A DNA stretch of 64,000 bases from an uncultured Collinsella sp. (GCA_900550185.1 URRN01000001.1:2602-66601); one strand, 5' to 3'; shown: positions 1 to 9,887, numbered from the stretch's first letter. Made by a program: numbers and translations. The notes: generated from the sequence alone by a model not told the origin.

Positions 1-951
1 ATCGTAGGCGGCGATAAACGCCGACTGATAGTAGTTGAGGCCGAACATATCGTTGCGGGGCGCCGCCTTGGCGAGCTCCTCCATGTCGCTGTCCTCAACC
101 GTAAGTGTGGCGTTGTTGGCACGCAGAATCTCGTTGATGAGTGAGAGGGTGCGCGCGGAGTAGTGACCCAGGAAGGCGCCGTCCATGATGAAGTCGGTGT
201 AGAAGGCGTTGTACAGGTCGGCGGCGTGCTGGTCGGCGGGCGAGTCGGTGGCAGGATATGCCGGCGTCAGGACGTTGACCATGCCAATGCGTCCGCCCAG
301 GTGCTCGGTCTCGTCAAGATCCTTATACAGGTTGACGGCGCGGGCGTGGGCAACGAGCTCGTTGTGCTGGCTCTGGATGCCGCTCGTCACATCAAAGTGA
401 TGGTTGGGCGGGAAGTTGCCTTGGATGTATTGGGAGTGCGAGAGGCTGATGAGCTCGTTGATGGTGAACCAATTCTTGACCTCGCGGAACTCGCGGAAGC
501 AGAACTCGGCATAGCGCACATAGGCGTCGACGGTCTTGCGGTTGAGCCAGTCGCCCTGGTTGAACAGGGCGGCGGGGGAGTCAAAGTGATGCAGGGACAC
601 ATAGGGCTCGACGCCATACTTTTTGCAGCAGGCGAACAGCTCGTGGTAGTGCTTAACGCCCTCGGCGAGGGGTTCGGCATCGTCGCCGTTGGGGAAGATG
701 CGGGTCCAGGCGATGGACACACGAATGGCGTTGAGTCCATGCTCGGCAGAAAGGCGGATATCCTCCTCGTAGCGGTTGTAGAAATCACTGGCCGGGTCGG
801 GCAAAAAGCGACCCTGGGCGACAAGGTAATCGTCCCACATGGTCTTACCCTTGCCTGCCACCTTCGTGGAACCTTCCGTTTGGTACGCGGCGGTTGCGGC
901 GCCCCAAACAAAGCCCTTCGGCAGCTGCTGTACGCGGTTTAGCAAAGACAT
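1..951 (-). CDS. lacG: GH1 6-phospho-beta-galactosidase paralogue (3' end beyond window edge)
   Basis: Manual translation gives MSLLNRVQQLPKGFVWGAATAAYQTEG...WFTINEL...FGLNYYQ. Collinear with the 2597-4036 protein. Not in the ORF track because it is truncated. Alternative start at 957. Confidence 0.85.
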   Translation of the reverse strand, partial: MSLLNRVQQLPKGFVWGAATAAYQTEGSTKVAGKGKTMWDDYLVAQGRFLPDPASDFYNRYEEDIRLSAEHGLNAIRVSIAWTRIFPNGDDAEPLAEGVKHYHELFACCKKYGVEPYVSLHHFDSPAALFNQGDWLNRKTVDAYVRYAEFCFREFREVKNWFTINELISLSHSQYIQGNFPPNHHFDVTSGIQSQHNELVAHARAVNLYKDLDETEHLGGRIGMVNVLTPAYPATDSPADQHAADLYNAFYTDFIMDGAFLGHYSARTLSLINEILRANNATLTVEDSDMEELAKAAPRNDMFGLNYYQSAFIAAYD

Positions 952-1071
952 ATGCATACATCCTCTCGTCTCGCTGTTCGATATTGTGCGTTTGCGCTCA
1001 GGAGGCTCCCTGGTTAGCGTTCAGCGGTGAAAAAGCCCGATAAACACTATCTTAAAATGATTAGAACCAAA

Positions 1072-1241
1072 ATGAGCACGTGAACATTTGACAATGAGCA
1101 CGTTAACATCCGGCTGGGATGTATAGAAACAAAACAACTTCAAACAGCCGCGAACGGTTGTATTTGTTCGGTAAGCGGTTTTGATTGACAGAAGTTTTCA
1201 TGTTGTGGTATATGGCTCGGGTATCATGAGCACGTTATCGA
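1072..1241. promoter_or_regulatory. Three LacI-type operator copies ATGAGCACGTTAACAT (1072, 1094, 1226)
   Basis: Repeated quasi-palindrome with central CG, located between the divergent GH1 and LacI genes. Confidence 0.7.
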
Positions 1242-1301
1242 TGTATGTACGATGCGCCATGGGCGCGGGGAATAGTTGGGAAGCAGGTTAGCGTGGAAGG
1301 C

Positions 1302-2330
1302 ATGGCTCAGCAGACAAGGAATGGTCATTCGGCGAGCGCGGCAGAGGTTGCGGCGCTCGCTGGCGTGAGCCGCCAGACTGTGTCTCGCGTGGTCAACGGT
1401 ATGCCCAACGTGACGGAAAAGACGCGCAAGCGTGTGCTGGCCGCCATGGAAGAGCTGGGCTTTCGTCCCAATTTTGCTGGAGCGGCGTTGCGCGGCGGGT
1501 CGTATCGTTCTATTGGCCTGTGCATGTACAACATCACACGTGTCGGTAACCTGGCGACGCTCGAGGGTATCATGCAAGCGGCGCGCGAGCACGATTTTGC
1601 CGTCACTATGATCGAGATGGGCGGCGACAAGCCCTATGCACTTGCCGATGCCTCGCGCCGCATGGTCGAGCGACCCGTCGACGGCATGATTCTCAACATG
1701 AACCGCATGGCTCCCGATTTTGAGGAGTTTGTTCCCCAGCCGGGAGTGCGAACGGTCATCCTGTCCATGTATGCGCATCCGCGCTGCACGACGATCGACT
1801 CCGACCAGTATGGTTCGTGCGAGCTGTTGACCAATTATCTGCTGGAACATGGTCACTCGAATATGCGGTTTGTGGCGGGTCCGGAAAACTCGATTTCCTC
1901 GCGTTTTCGTGAGGCCGGTTGGCGCGATACGCTGGGTCGTGCTCATGTCGATGCCGCTCCGATGCTGCGTGGCGATTGGAGTGCGGACAGTGGGTACGCC
2001 ATGGGCGAGCGGATTGCGGCCGAGGTGCTTGCCGGCGGGTCGCAGACGCCGACTGCCGTGCTTGCGGCAAATGACCAGATGGCGCTGGGCGTTATCGCCG
2101 CGCTCGAGAACGCGGGCCTGTCCGTGCCCGACGACGTGAGCGTGGTTGGTATCGACGACGCACTCGAGGGACTTGTTCCTCACAATCGGCTGACGACGCT
2201 GCGATTTGATTTGCGCGGTGTCGGTAAGCTTGCGTTTGAGGCGGCGATTGGAGAGAGCTCGTCTATCGAGGCGATTCATGTGCCGAGTACGCTGGTCGAA
2301 CGCTCGACTGTTAGGGACATGCGGGGTTAG
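1302..2330 (+). CDS. LacI-family transcriptional regulator
   Basis: HTH EVAALAGVSRQTVSRVVN; C-terminal AANDQMALG and VPDDVSVVGIDD; ATG at 1302 after GGAAGG. Confidence 0.93.
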   Translation: MAQQTRNGHSASAAEVAALAGVSRQTVSRVVNGMPNVTEKTRKRVLAAMEELGFRPNFAGAALRGGSYRSIGLCMYNITRVGNLATLEGIMQAAREHDFAVTMIEMGGDKPYALADASRRMVERPVDGMILNMNRMAPDFEEFVPQPGVRTVILSMYAHPRCTTIDSDQYGSCELLTNYLLEHGHSNMRFVAGPENSISSRFREAGWRDTLGRAHVDAAPMLRGDWSADSGYAMGERIAAEVLAGGSQTPTAVLAANDQMALGVIAALENAGLSVPDDVSVVGIDDALEGLVPHNRLTTLRFDLRGVGKLAFEAAIGESSSIEAIHVPSTLVERSTVRDMRG

Positions 2331-2338
2331 GTCCTACT

Positions 2339-2488
2339 CCGTTTGTCTCGATTTGTAACAGGTAGACGGTCAAAAGCGGGCTACGTGTTACAGATTTAGA
2401 TTCTTCGGAAAGAGCAATCCTGTTCGTCTCAATCTGTAACAGCTAGGACCAAAAAACTCGGCTAGATGTTACAGATCGAGACAAACGG
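2339..2488. repeat. Four-box inverted-repeat array (TCTCRATCTGTAACA, spacers 25/26/25), copy 1
   Basis: Boxes at 2346, 2386, 2427 and 2467 in alternating orientation; same layout at 33459-33594. Confidence 0.85.
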
Positions 2489-2596
2489 CCCCCAGGCCGA
2501 ACAAAAACAAAAGACCGGGGGCGGCGTGCCGTGTGACGTGCCGCCCCCGGCTGAGAAATGGGGACAGGTTATGTGGGCGGGCAACCCCGCCAGTCA

Positions 2597-4036
2597 CTAG
2601 TCCAGGCGACGGGTCTGTGCCACGTGCTTGTACCAGTAGGCGCTTGCCTTGGGCGTGCGCTTCTGGGTTTCAAAGTCAACGTAGAAGAAGCCGTAACGCT
2701 TGTTGTAGCCATTGGTCCAGGAGAACTGATCCTGCAGGCTCCACAGGAAGTAGCCGCCCACGTTGACGCCCACCTCCATGGCTTTGAGTAGCCAGCGCAG
2801 GTGCTGCTCGATGTAGTCGATGCGCGGCTGGTCGTCCACAAAACCATCTTTGTAGGGGTCCTTGTAGCCCATGCCGTTCTCGGTAATGAAGATCTGCTTG
2901 TAGTTGGGGTAGCGCTGCTTAATGTAGACGAGCAGATCGAACAGGCCCTCGGGATAGATGATCCAGTCCCAGTCGGTGGTGGGGATGCCAGGCTTGTTCA
3001 CATGCTCGCCAATGCCCTTGACGCGCCAACGGCCGGTGCCCTTCTCGCCCGTACCGTTGTGGTGCAGGTCGTTCTCGCCATCGTAAGCCTTCAAGAAACG
3101 GCACTGGTAGTTGTTAACGCCCAGGTAGTCGTTGTAGAGCGCAGCCTCGCGCATAATCTCGAGGTCCTCGTCCAAGATCTCGATGGTGCCGCCCGAGACG
3201 GCAGCCAGGCGGTTGGCGCACTCGAGGGTGTCGGGCGCGTAGTCGCCGCGGAAGGTGGCGTCGAGCAGGAACTGGTTCTGCAGCACGTGCTCGTTGTTGG
3301 CGGCCTTGATATCGGCGGGGTCGTTCTCGTTGAGCGGATACTTAAACTCCAGCGACTGGATGACGCCGATCTTGCCCTTAAAGCCGCCGTTGTGGAAGGC
3401 CAGGACTGCCTTGGCGTGGGCGAGCATCATGTTGTGTTCGCACTGGAAGGCCTCGGCCAAATGCGCCTTGACGCCACCGGGGAAGGTGCCCTCGATGTAG
3501 GTGTTGGAGGCGTCGGCCCAGATCTCGTTAAAAGTGAACCAATAGGTCACCTGGTCGGCGTACTCCTTAAAGCAGAAGGTGGCAAAGTCCACAAAGGCGT
3601 CGATGGTCTCGCGGTTGAGGAAGTCGCCCTTCTCAAAGAGGGAGAGCGGCGTGTCAAAGTGGTGCAGCGTGACGAACGGCTCGACGTGGTGCTTGTGGCA
3701 CTCGGCGAAGAGGTCGTGGTAGAACTGCACGCCCTCGGGGTTGATCTCGCCGGTGCCGTTGGGGAAGATGCGGCTCCAGGCGATGGAGAGGCGGATGCCG
3801 TTGATGCCGAACTCCTCGCACAGCTCCAGATCGACGGGGTACTGGTTGTAGAAGTCGGATGCGGGATCGGGGGAGAAGCGGCCCTGGGCCTCCAGGAAGT
3901 CGTCCCAGGCAACCTTGCCCTTACCGTGGGTGCGGGTCTCGCCCTCTACCTGGTAGGCAGCGGTGGCGCCGCCAAAGACAAAGTCCTCGGGAAACTGCGC
4001 GAGCGGGTTGGTGACGCTGGCGGGGTTAACGGACAT
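2597..4036 (-). CDS. lacG: 6-phospho-beta-galactosidase (GH1)
   Basis: GGATAAYQVEG, TFNE acid/base, ITENG nucleophile, WSLQDQFSWTNGYNKRYG; downstream of lacE. Confidence 0.93.
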   Translation of the reverse strand: MSVNPASVTNPLAQFPEDFVFGGATAAYQVEGETRTHGKGKVAWDDFLEAQGRFSPDPASDFYNQYPVDLELCEEFGINGIRLSIAWSRIFPNGTGEINPEGVQFYHDLFAECHKHHVEPFVTLHHFDTPLSLFEKGDFLNRETIDAFVDFATFCFKEYADQVTYWFTFNEIWADASNTYIEGTFPGGVKAHLAEAFQCEHNMMLAHAKAVLAFHNGGFKGKIGVIQSLEFKYPLNENDPADIKAANNEHVLQNQFLLDATFRGDYAPDTLECANRLAAVSGGTIEILDEDLEIMREAALYNDYLGVNNYQCRFLKAYDGENDLHHNGTGEKGTGRWRVKGIGEHVNKPGIPTTDWDWIIYPEGLFDLLVYIKQRYPNYKQIFITENGMGYKDPYKDGFVDDQPRIDYIEQHLRWLLKAMEVGVNVGGYFLWSLQDQFSWTNGYNKRYGFFYVDFETQKRTPKASAYWYKHVAQTRRLD

Positions 4037-4102
4037 GATGATCCAATCGTCTAAATCGAAGGGCCAGCCGGCTGATGTGGTCGGCTGGCCTTTACGCGTT
4101 AC

Positions 4103-5875
4103 TTACTTCGAGAGCTGCTCGGAGACGAAGGCGAGAGACTTGTCGCCGTTCTGGGAGAGCTCGATGTACTGCTTGCCGCGGCAGGCGACGCACTTGTTGC
4201 CCACGCGCTCGCAGTCCTTCTGCAGGTCGGCGAGGTAGCTCGCGGCCTGCGGGGCCAGGACGACCAGGTCAAAGTCGGGAAGCATGTCCACGTGGTTGCC
4301 GTAGGCGTCGGCAGCGGTCTCCAGGTCGATACCGCGCTCCTTGGCGGCCTTGGCCAGTGCGTTGGCGAGCAGGCCCGAGGTGCCGCCGCCCTGGCAGAGC
4401 ACGAGCACGCGCTTGCCATTGAGGTCGCTGGCGGTCGTGGCTTTGGCGGCGGGGACTGCGGCGGGGGCGGCGTCGGTCTTCACAGCCTCGGCAGCAGCGC
4501 CGTCGGCAACGCTCTTGGCATCGGCCTTGCCCTGGAAGGCGTCGTTGAGCTTGGCGGCCTTCTCGGCGTTCTTGGCGGCGAGCTCCTCCTGGGAGATCTC
4601 GGCCTCCTCGGCGCACTTCTGGGCGTCATAGGCACGGAAGAACGGATAGTACAGAAGGAAGTCGACGACCAGGATGATGGCGAGCATCACGAAGGCGAGC
4701 GGCTGGAAGCCCAGACCCATGATGGTGCCGATGGGGCCGGGGACGGTCCAGGGCAGGGTGTACATAAAGCCGTTCATGCCCAGGAAGTCGATAAAGATCT
4801 TGAGGATCCAGATGTTGGCGATCGGGGCAAAGACAAATGGGACAAAGAAGACGGGGTTGAGCACGATGGGCGCGGCGAACAGCAGCGGCTCGTTGACGGC
4901 GAAGCAGACCGGGACGATGGAGGCCTTGCCGACGGCGCGCATCTCCTGAGACTTGGCCAGGAAGCAGAACATAAAGACGAGGACGAGCGTGGCGCCGGTG
5001 CCGCCCATGCAGACGACGAAGTACTGGGCACCCTGCGTCAGGACAGCGGAGGCGTGCTGGCCGGCCTGGTAAGCAGCCAGGTTGTCGGTCATGTTGGCAA
5101 CGAGGGCGGCGGCGATGGCAGGCTCGACGATCGAGGGGCCGTGGACGCCCACGAACCAGAAAAGGCTCATGGCACCGTAGATCACAGCGAGGCCGATGTA
5201 GCCGTCGGCGGCGGTGAACAGGGGCTGGAACACCTGGATGACACCCTGGGCAAAGCAGAAGCCAAAGGCACCGCGGAAGACGATGTCAAAGACCCAGAAG
5301 ACGGTGATGCAGACGGAGAAGGGGATGATGTCCTTAAAGGTCTGCGAAATGTTGGGCGGAACCTGCTCGGGCATCTTGACGGTGATGTTGCGCTTAATAA
5401 AGAACTTGTAGATGATGCCGGTCACAAACGCAGCGATGAAGGCGGTCAGCAGGCCCTTGGAGCCAAGGTAGGTGGTGTTGAAGCCGCTGGCGGCATCCGT
5501 GGCGATCGTGTCGCTCGAGAGCAGCAGGAAGCCGATGATGGCCGCGCACATGCAGGAGATGAAGTTGATCTGGTTGTTCTTGGGCAGATCGCGGTTTTGA
5601 GCGTCGGCGAAGTGCTTGGCGGTGGTGGCGGCGCAGGCGATGGCCAGGATGCCCATGGAGTAGTTGTAGCACTTCCACAGGGCGTTGTTGATGTCATCGG
5701 GCCAGTAGAAACCCCAGATGTTGGGGACCGAGGCTACCAGGCAGAAGATGGACGAGAAGATGATGATGGGGATGACGGAGATAAAGCCGTCGCGAATCGC
5801 CTTGAGGTACTTGTTGCGGGCGATCGCGTTGAAAAGGGGCTGGCCCTTTTCGATGGTGGCGATGAGTTGCTCCAT
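4103..5875 (-). CDS. lacE: PTS lactose-specific EIICB
   Basis: Lac-family EIIC (AIRDGF, WFVGVHG, MGGTGATL), Ala-rich linker, EIIB VLVLCQGGGTSGLLAN. Confidence 0.93.
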   Translation of the reverse strand: MEQLIATIEKGQPLFNAIARNKYLKAIRDGFISVIPIIIFSSIFCLVASVPNIWGFYWPDDINNALWKCYNYSMGILAIACAATTAKHFADAQNRDLPKNNQINFISCMCAAIIGFLLLSSDTIATDAASGFNTTYLGSKGLLTAFIAAFVTGIIYKFFIKRNITVKMPEQVPPNISQTFKDIIPFSVCITVFWVFDIVFRGAFGFCFAQGVIQVFQPLFTAADGYIGLAVIYGAMSLFWFVGVHGPSIVEPAIAAALVANMTDNLAAYQAGQHASAVLTQGAQYFVVCMGGTGATLVLVFMFCFLAKSQEMRAVGKASIVPVCFAVNEPLLFAAPIVLNPVFFVPFVFAPIANIWILKIFIDFLGMNGFMYTLPWTVPGPIGTIMGLGFQPLAFVMLAIILVVDFLLYYPFFRAYDAQKCAEEAEISQEELAAKNAEKAAKLNDAFQGKADAKSVADGAAAEAVKTDAAPAAVPAAKATTASDLNGKRVLVLCQGGGTSGLLANALAKAAKERGIDLETAADAYGNHVDMLPDFDLVVLAPQAASYLADLQKDCERVGNKCVACRGKQYIELSQNGDKSLAFVSEQLSK

Positions 5876-5937
5876 GCAAAGCTCCTAAGAGTCGGTGGGT
5901 TAGCAACGATGGTAACTTTTGGATGCTGTTTGCCAAA

Positions 5938-6217
5938 ATGTTGACGTTGCCATTTTGCGACACAAAAAAAGACGCGAACCGGTGGCCCCTGTGCCTGTGG
6001 ACCGTCGGTTCCTTGCGCGTAAACGTCCGAGCCGCCCGGTGGCTCTATGTTTGCACAATGGCAACGTTAACATTTGGACGACAAAAGCCGTTCGGGGGCG
6101 CGGAATTGTCGGTGAACGGTAGGTTTTGGGTGGTAAGCGTATGGCGGGGGAGGCGTTGGATATACTTGGAGACGTTCATTTTGTCTGTTGGGATGCCCGC
6201 GATGGCATCGTTGACAT
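5938..6217. promoter_or_regulatory. Three LacI-type operator copies ATGGCAACGTTAACAT (5938 reverse, 6058, 6202)
   Basis: Repeated motif between divergent lacE and LacI genes. Confidence 0.7.
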
Positions 6218-6231
6218 AGAAAGATCGACCT

Positions 6232-7236
6232 ATGGCGGCTGTTAAAAAATCGGTATCCGTCAAAGACGTGGCGCGGCTCGCGGGCGTCTCGGAGCAGACG
6301 GTCTCTCGCACCGTGCACGATTCGCCTAGCGTGCGCCCCGAGACCAAGGAGCGCGTGCGTGCCGCCATGCGCGAGCTCGGGTATCGACCCAACTTTGCCG
6401 GCCGATCGCTGCGACGCGGCAAGTTCAAGACCGTCGGCGTCGCCATGTTCAATATCACCGGCACCGGAAACCTCGACCGCATGGAGGGTTTTGCTGCCGC
6501 TGCCGACAAGCACGGCTATGCCATCACCCTTACTAAAGTAGATGGGCATCCCTACACCCTCGAGAGCGCGTCGTCGCGCATGAGCGCGCTGCCGGTCGAC
6601 GGCATGGTGGTGATCATGAACCGTATGCCGGCAGACTTTGGCACCTTTGAGCCGCTGCCCGGTATGCAGACGGTGCTTGTTACCATGCTGGAACATCCGC
6701 TGTGCTCGACGGTCGATAACGACCAGTTCGATTGCTCGCGCCAAGTGGTCGAGTATCTGCTGGAGCACGGTCACAAGGCCGTGCACTTTATCTCGTGTCC
6801 CGAGCGCTCGCTTTCGGGCATGCAGCGCGAGGAAGGCTGGCGCGAGACCCTGCGCGCGCATGGCATTGAGCCGCCGCGGCTCATCCGTGGCGATTGGACG
6901 GCGCAGAGCGGATACGCCGCCGGGCAGGCTCTGGCGGACGATCCGACCTGCACGGCCATTTATGCCTCCAACGACGCCATGGCATATGGCTGCATTCGCG
7001 GGCTCGAGTCGCGCGGGAAGCGCGTGCCCGAGGATGTAAGCGTGGTAGGTGTTGACGACAGCCTGGGCGATATCGTGCCCGATCGGCATCTGACCACGGT
7101 GCGCTTTGATAACAAGCGCGTCGGCATGTGGGCGGTCGACAAGATTGCCGGCGCCGAGGACGTCGCACCTGGCGTGGAACATATGCTGATCCCTGGCGTG
7201 CTTATCGAGGGCGATACGGTACGCGGCCTGCGCTAG
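6232..7236 (+). CDS. LacI-family transcriptional regulator
   Basis: HTH VKDVARLAGVSEQTVSR; paralogous to 1302-2330 and 15821-16852. Confidence 0.93.
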   Translation: MAAVKKSVSVKDVARLAGVSEQTVSRTVHDSPSVRPETKERVRAAMRELGYRPNFAGRSLRRGKFKTVGVAMFNITGTGNLDRMEGFAAAADKHGYAITLTKVDGHPYTLESASSRMSALPVDGMVVIMNRMPADFGTFEPLPGMQTVLVTMLEHPLCSTVDNDQFDCSRQVVEYLLEHGHKAVHFISCPERSLSGMQREEGWRETLRAHGIEPPRLIRGDWTAQSGYAAGQALADDPTCTAIYASNDAMAYGCIRGLESRGKRVPEDVSVVGVDDSLGDIVPDRHLTTVRFDNKRVGMWAVDKIAGAEDVAPGVEHMLIPGVLIEGDTVRGLR

Positions 7237-7450
7237 GGTGCGGACCTGTTTGGGTTGCACTTCTTTGTGTTTGATATTGTTCGAAATGGTTTAAAAACCG
7301 TTCACGGGTGAAAATCGACCGTTCATAGCCTGATATTGCGTTTTGGATTGTTCTTTTTTGTTTGAATGTTAATGTTTCTGGCATACACAACGCAGCGCGT
7401 ATGCCCGGACGCGATGCTCTCCATTGGTTCATATGTGAAAGGAACGCAAT

Positions 7451-7789
7451 ATGGCAACCAAAGAAGAAATCTCGATGGTTGGATTCGAGATCGTCGCATA
7501 CGCGGGTGACGCACAGACTGATCTGCTTGCAGCGCTTGATGCTGCTCGCGAGGGCGATTTTGAGAAGGCCGAGCAGTTGCACAAGGATGCCAGCGAAGCG
7601 CTCATCGGTGCTCACGACACGCAGACCAAGCTGCTTTCGCAGGAGGCCGGCGGTGGCGAGATGGAGATGACCTTCATCATGGCCCACGCTCAGGACACCC
7701 TGATGACCACCATGATCCTGGAGAAGCAGACCCGCTTTACCATCGATGCTTACAAGCGCATCGCCGAGCTCGAGGCCAAGCTCGCCTAA
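7451..7789 (+). CDS. lacF: PTS lactose-specific EIIA
   Basis: GFEIVAYAGDA, AHDTQTKLL, MAHAQDTLMT; RBS GAAAGGA. Confidence 0.93.
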   Translation: MATKEEISMVGFEIVAYAGDAQTDLLAALDAAREGDFEKAEQLHKDASEALIGAHDTQTKLLSQEAGGGEMEMTFIMAHAQDTLMTTMILEKQTRFTIDAYKRIAELEAKLA

Positions 7790-7863
7790 CGCGCGCTCAC
7801 AACCAAGTCCCCTTCCAGAAGCCCTGTCGCAACCCCGCGGCAGGGTTTTTCTGTCCTCCTCCA

Positions 7864-7930
7864 AGTTGCGGTGGAATAGGGACTGAATAGGGGCCGGCGG
7901 GCGCAAAACAATCCCTATTTCACCGCAACT
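7864..7930. repeat. Inverted repeat AGTTGCGGTGGAATAG-N35-CTATTTCACCGCAACT, copy 1
   Basis: Identical arms and spacer length at 59025-59091. Confidence 0.8.
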
Positions 7931-7940
7931 CATCCCGAGA

Positions 7941-7985
7941 TAGTCATTGGGGACGTTCTTAAACGACTAGTCATTGGGGACAGTC
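7941..7985. repeat. REP-like unit TAGTCATTGGGGACGTTCTTAAACGACTAG
   Basis: Related units at 12495-12552 and 58956-58988. Confidence 0.65.
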
Positions 7986-8074
7986 TTGATGCGCTCCGTT
8001 CGTCCTCCCGTTCGATTTTTGCTCGGTGGGTATACTTCCTTTCGCATTAAACGCCGGAATGAGGAGGTATCCAA

Positions 8075-9088
8075 ATGCCGGATAACGGGTCAATACAAAA
8101 AAGAGACGCGCACGAGATGGCTTATGGGCGTCCTGTCCAGATAACCGAGCACACGACGGTAACCGAGCTGCAGCCCAGCCTGTCCGATGTCGTGTGCGCA
8201 AACAAAAAGCTGCAGATTGGCTTTATCGTTGCACTCGTGGTGCTGGCGTTGCTGTCGGGCTTTGTAGCTCGTCCGCATTTCGCCGATACCAAGACATGGG
8301 ACTCCACCATCGAGGTCATCGATCAAAAGAAAGGTAACGTACTGGCGCTCACGACCTCGTGCGTGGCGCTGTCTGCGGGTATTACCGCGCTGCCGGGTGA
8401 TACGGGAACACCGGTTGCCGAGCAGCTCGCGCAGCTTTCAGGCAACCTTGGCATCGTGCTTGCCGTGCTATACCTAGAGAAATATTTGCTCACGATTTTG
8501 TGGTCGGTTGGCCTGGGCATCTTAATCCCGTCTGCGTTGGTGCTCTTTGCGGTGTCGCTCGGCATTCACGGGCGCTGGAGCACGAGCGCTGTCCTGCGCC
8601 GTGTGGCGACGCGCGTGCTGGTGGTTGCCGTGATTGGCATGGCCTTGGTGCCTGCAAGCGTATGGGTGTCGCAAAAGGTCGACGAAACGTATCGAGTGAG
8701 CATCGAGCAAGCCGAGCAAAAGGCGGCCGACGCTGCGAGTGCGGCAGATGGCGACAGCTCCAAAGCAAGCAAGAAAAAGACCGAGTCCACAGAGTCCAAG
8801 AATGTGCTTGAGCAGCTTGCCGACGGCGCCTCGGGTCTCGTCACATCGGTAACCAGTGGTGCCAAACAGATGACCGACGAGATCGTGCAGCAGGTGACCG
8901 ATCTGATCGAAGGTGTCATCGTGATGATTGTGACCTCGTGCGTGATTCCACTGTTGGTGCTCGCGGCGTTTTTGTGGCTGGGGCACGTGCTACTGGGGAT
9001 TGATATTTCCGGCCCGGCGAACTATTTGACGGGTCGCTTTCTGAGCGCTCCGTCCAAACATGCCAAGAAGAGCGGACGGTCTGAGTAG
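8075..9088 (+). CDS. Hypothetical multi-pass membrane protein
   Basis: 337 aa ORF with several hydrophobic segments; RBS GAGGAGGT. Confidence 0.75.
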   Translation: MPDNGSIQKRDAHEMAYGRPVQITEHTTVTELQPSLSDVVCANKKLQIGFIVALVVLALLSGFVARPHFADTKTWDSTIEVIDQKKGNVLALTTSCVALSAGITALPGDTGTPVAEQLAQLSGNLGIVLAVLYLEKYLLTILWSVGLGILIPSALVLFAVSLGIHGRWSTSAVLRRVATRVLVVAVIGMALVPASVWVSQKVDETYRVSIEQAEQKAADAASAADGDSSKASKKKTESTESKNVLEQLADGASGLVTSVTSGAKQMTDEIVQQVTDLIEGVIVMIVTSCVIPLLVLAAFLWLGHVLLGIDISGPANYLTGRFLSAPSKHAKKSGRSE

Positions 9089-9122
9089 CTAAAACAGCTG
9101 TATATACCGGGAAATACCGCCG

Positions 9123-9161
9123 AAGGGCGGCCGAGACGCGTTCTCGGTCGCCCTTTTGTTT
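9123..9161 (+). terminator. Rho-independent terminator
   Basis: AAGGGCGGCCGAGA/TCTCGGTCGCCCTT stem followed by a T-rich tail. Confidence 0.65.
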
Positions 9162-9395
9162 GTTGAACACGTGGTCGCTACGTCCGTGCCCGGTCCAAAC
9201 GGTCAGCAATCATCTGTGAACGGTATTTGTTCAAAAAAGAACAAAGATAAACAAATAATGGTTGCAGTCGATGTTCGAATGTGTTCAAATAAACATGAAC
9301 AGTGAAGAACCGCACATTCAGATGCCCGGACCTGAACGCGATTCAACACTTCCAAACAGAAACTACGCACCTGCGTATCTCTCAAGGAGGATGTC

Positions 9396-9824
9396 ATGAG
9401 GGTTGTAATCGCTTCCGATGCCGACGGTATGTCGATGAAGGAGTCCATCAAGGAGATGCTCATCGCCGACGGTCACGAGGTCGTCGACTATTCCGAGACC
9501 CCTGCCGCGGACTTTGTCGATTCCGCGACCGCCGTTGCCAAGGACCTGCTGGAGCACAAGGATTCCCAGGGCTTCGCATTCGATAAGTACGGCGTCGGCT
9601 CCTATATGGCCGCCGTCAAGATCAAGGGCATGGTCGTCGCCAACATTTCCGACGAGCGTTCCGCCTACATGACCCGCGAGCACAACGGCTCGCGCATGGT
9701 CACCATGGGCCCGGGCGTTGTGGGCACCGAGGTCGCCAAGAAGATCGCCCGCGAGTTCCTGCGCGCCCAGTACGCCGGCGGCCGTCACCAGATCCGTGTC
9801 GACATGCTCAACAAGATGGCCTAA
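9396..9824 (+). CDS. lacA: Galactose-6-phosphate isomerase subunit A
   Basis: RpiB/LacA fold; DERSAYMTREHN and YAGGRHQIRVDMLNKM. Confidence 0.95.
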   Translation: MRVVIASDADGMSMKESIKEMLIADGHEVVDYSETPAADFVDSATAVAKDLLEHKDSQGFAFDKYGVGSYMAAVKIKGMVVANISDERSAYMTREHNGSRMVTMGPGVVGTEVAKKIAREFLRAQYAGGRHQIRVDMLNKMA

Positions 9825-9887
9825 CGAGAGCCACCGAGAACTCGAACTTCTACCTCAACTTGTGAATTCAGACGAAAGGACGTTCTG

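Noticed and set aside
163..942. 259 aa + strand ORF and similar long antisense ORFs (2801-4054, 4292-5944, 37787-39196, 41552-43048, 48429-50387)
   Set aside because: Shadow frames opposite well-supported genes; common in high-GC DNA
2339..2488. Mini-CRISPR interpretation of the repeat-spacer array
   Set aside because: Repeats are 15 bp, alternate in orientation, and no cas genes are present
9225..9305. TGTTCAAA/AAACA-rich repeats upstream of lacA as LacR or LexA sites
   Set aside because: Suggestive of DeoR binding but no clear consensus; no CGAAC-N4-GTTCG match
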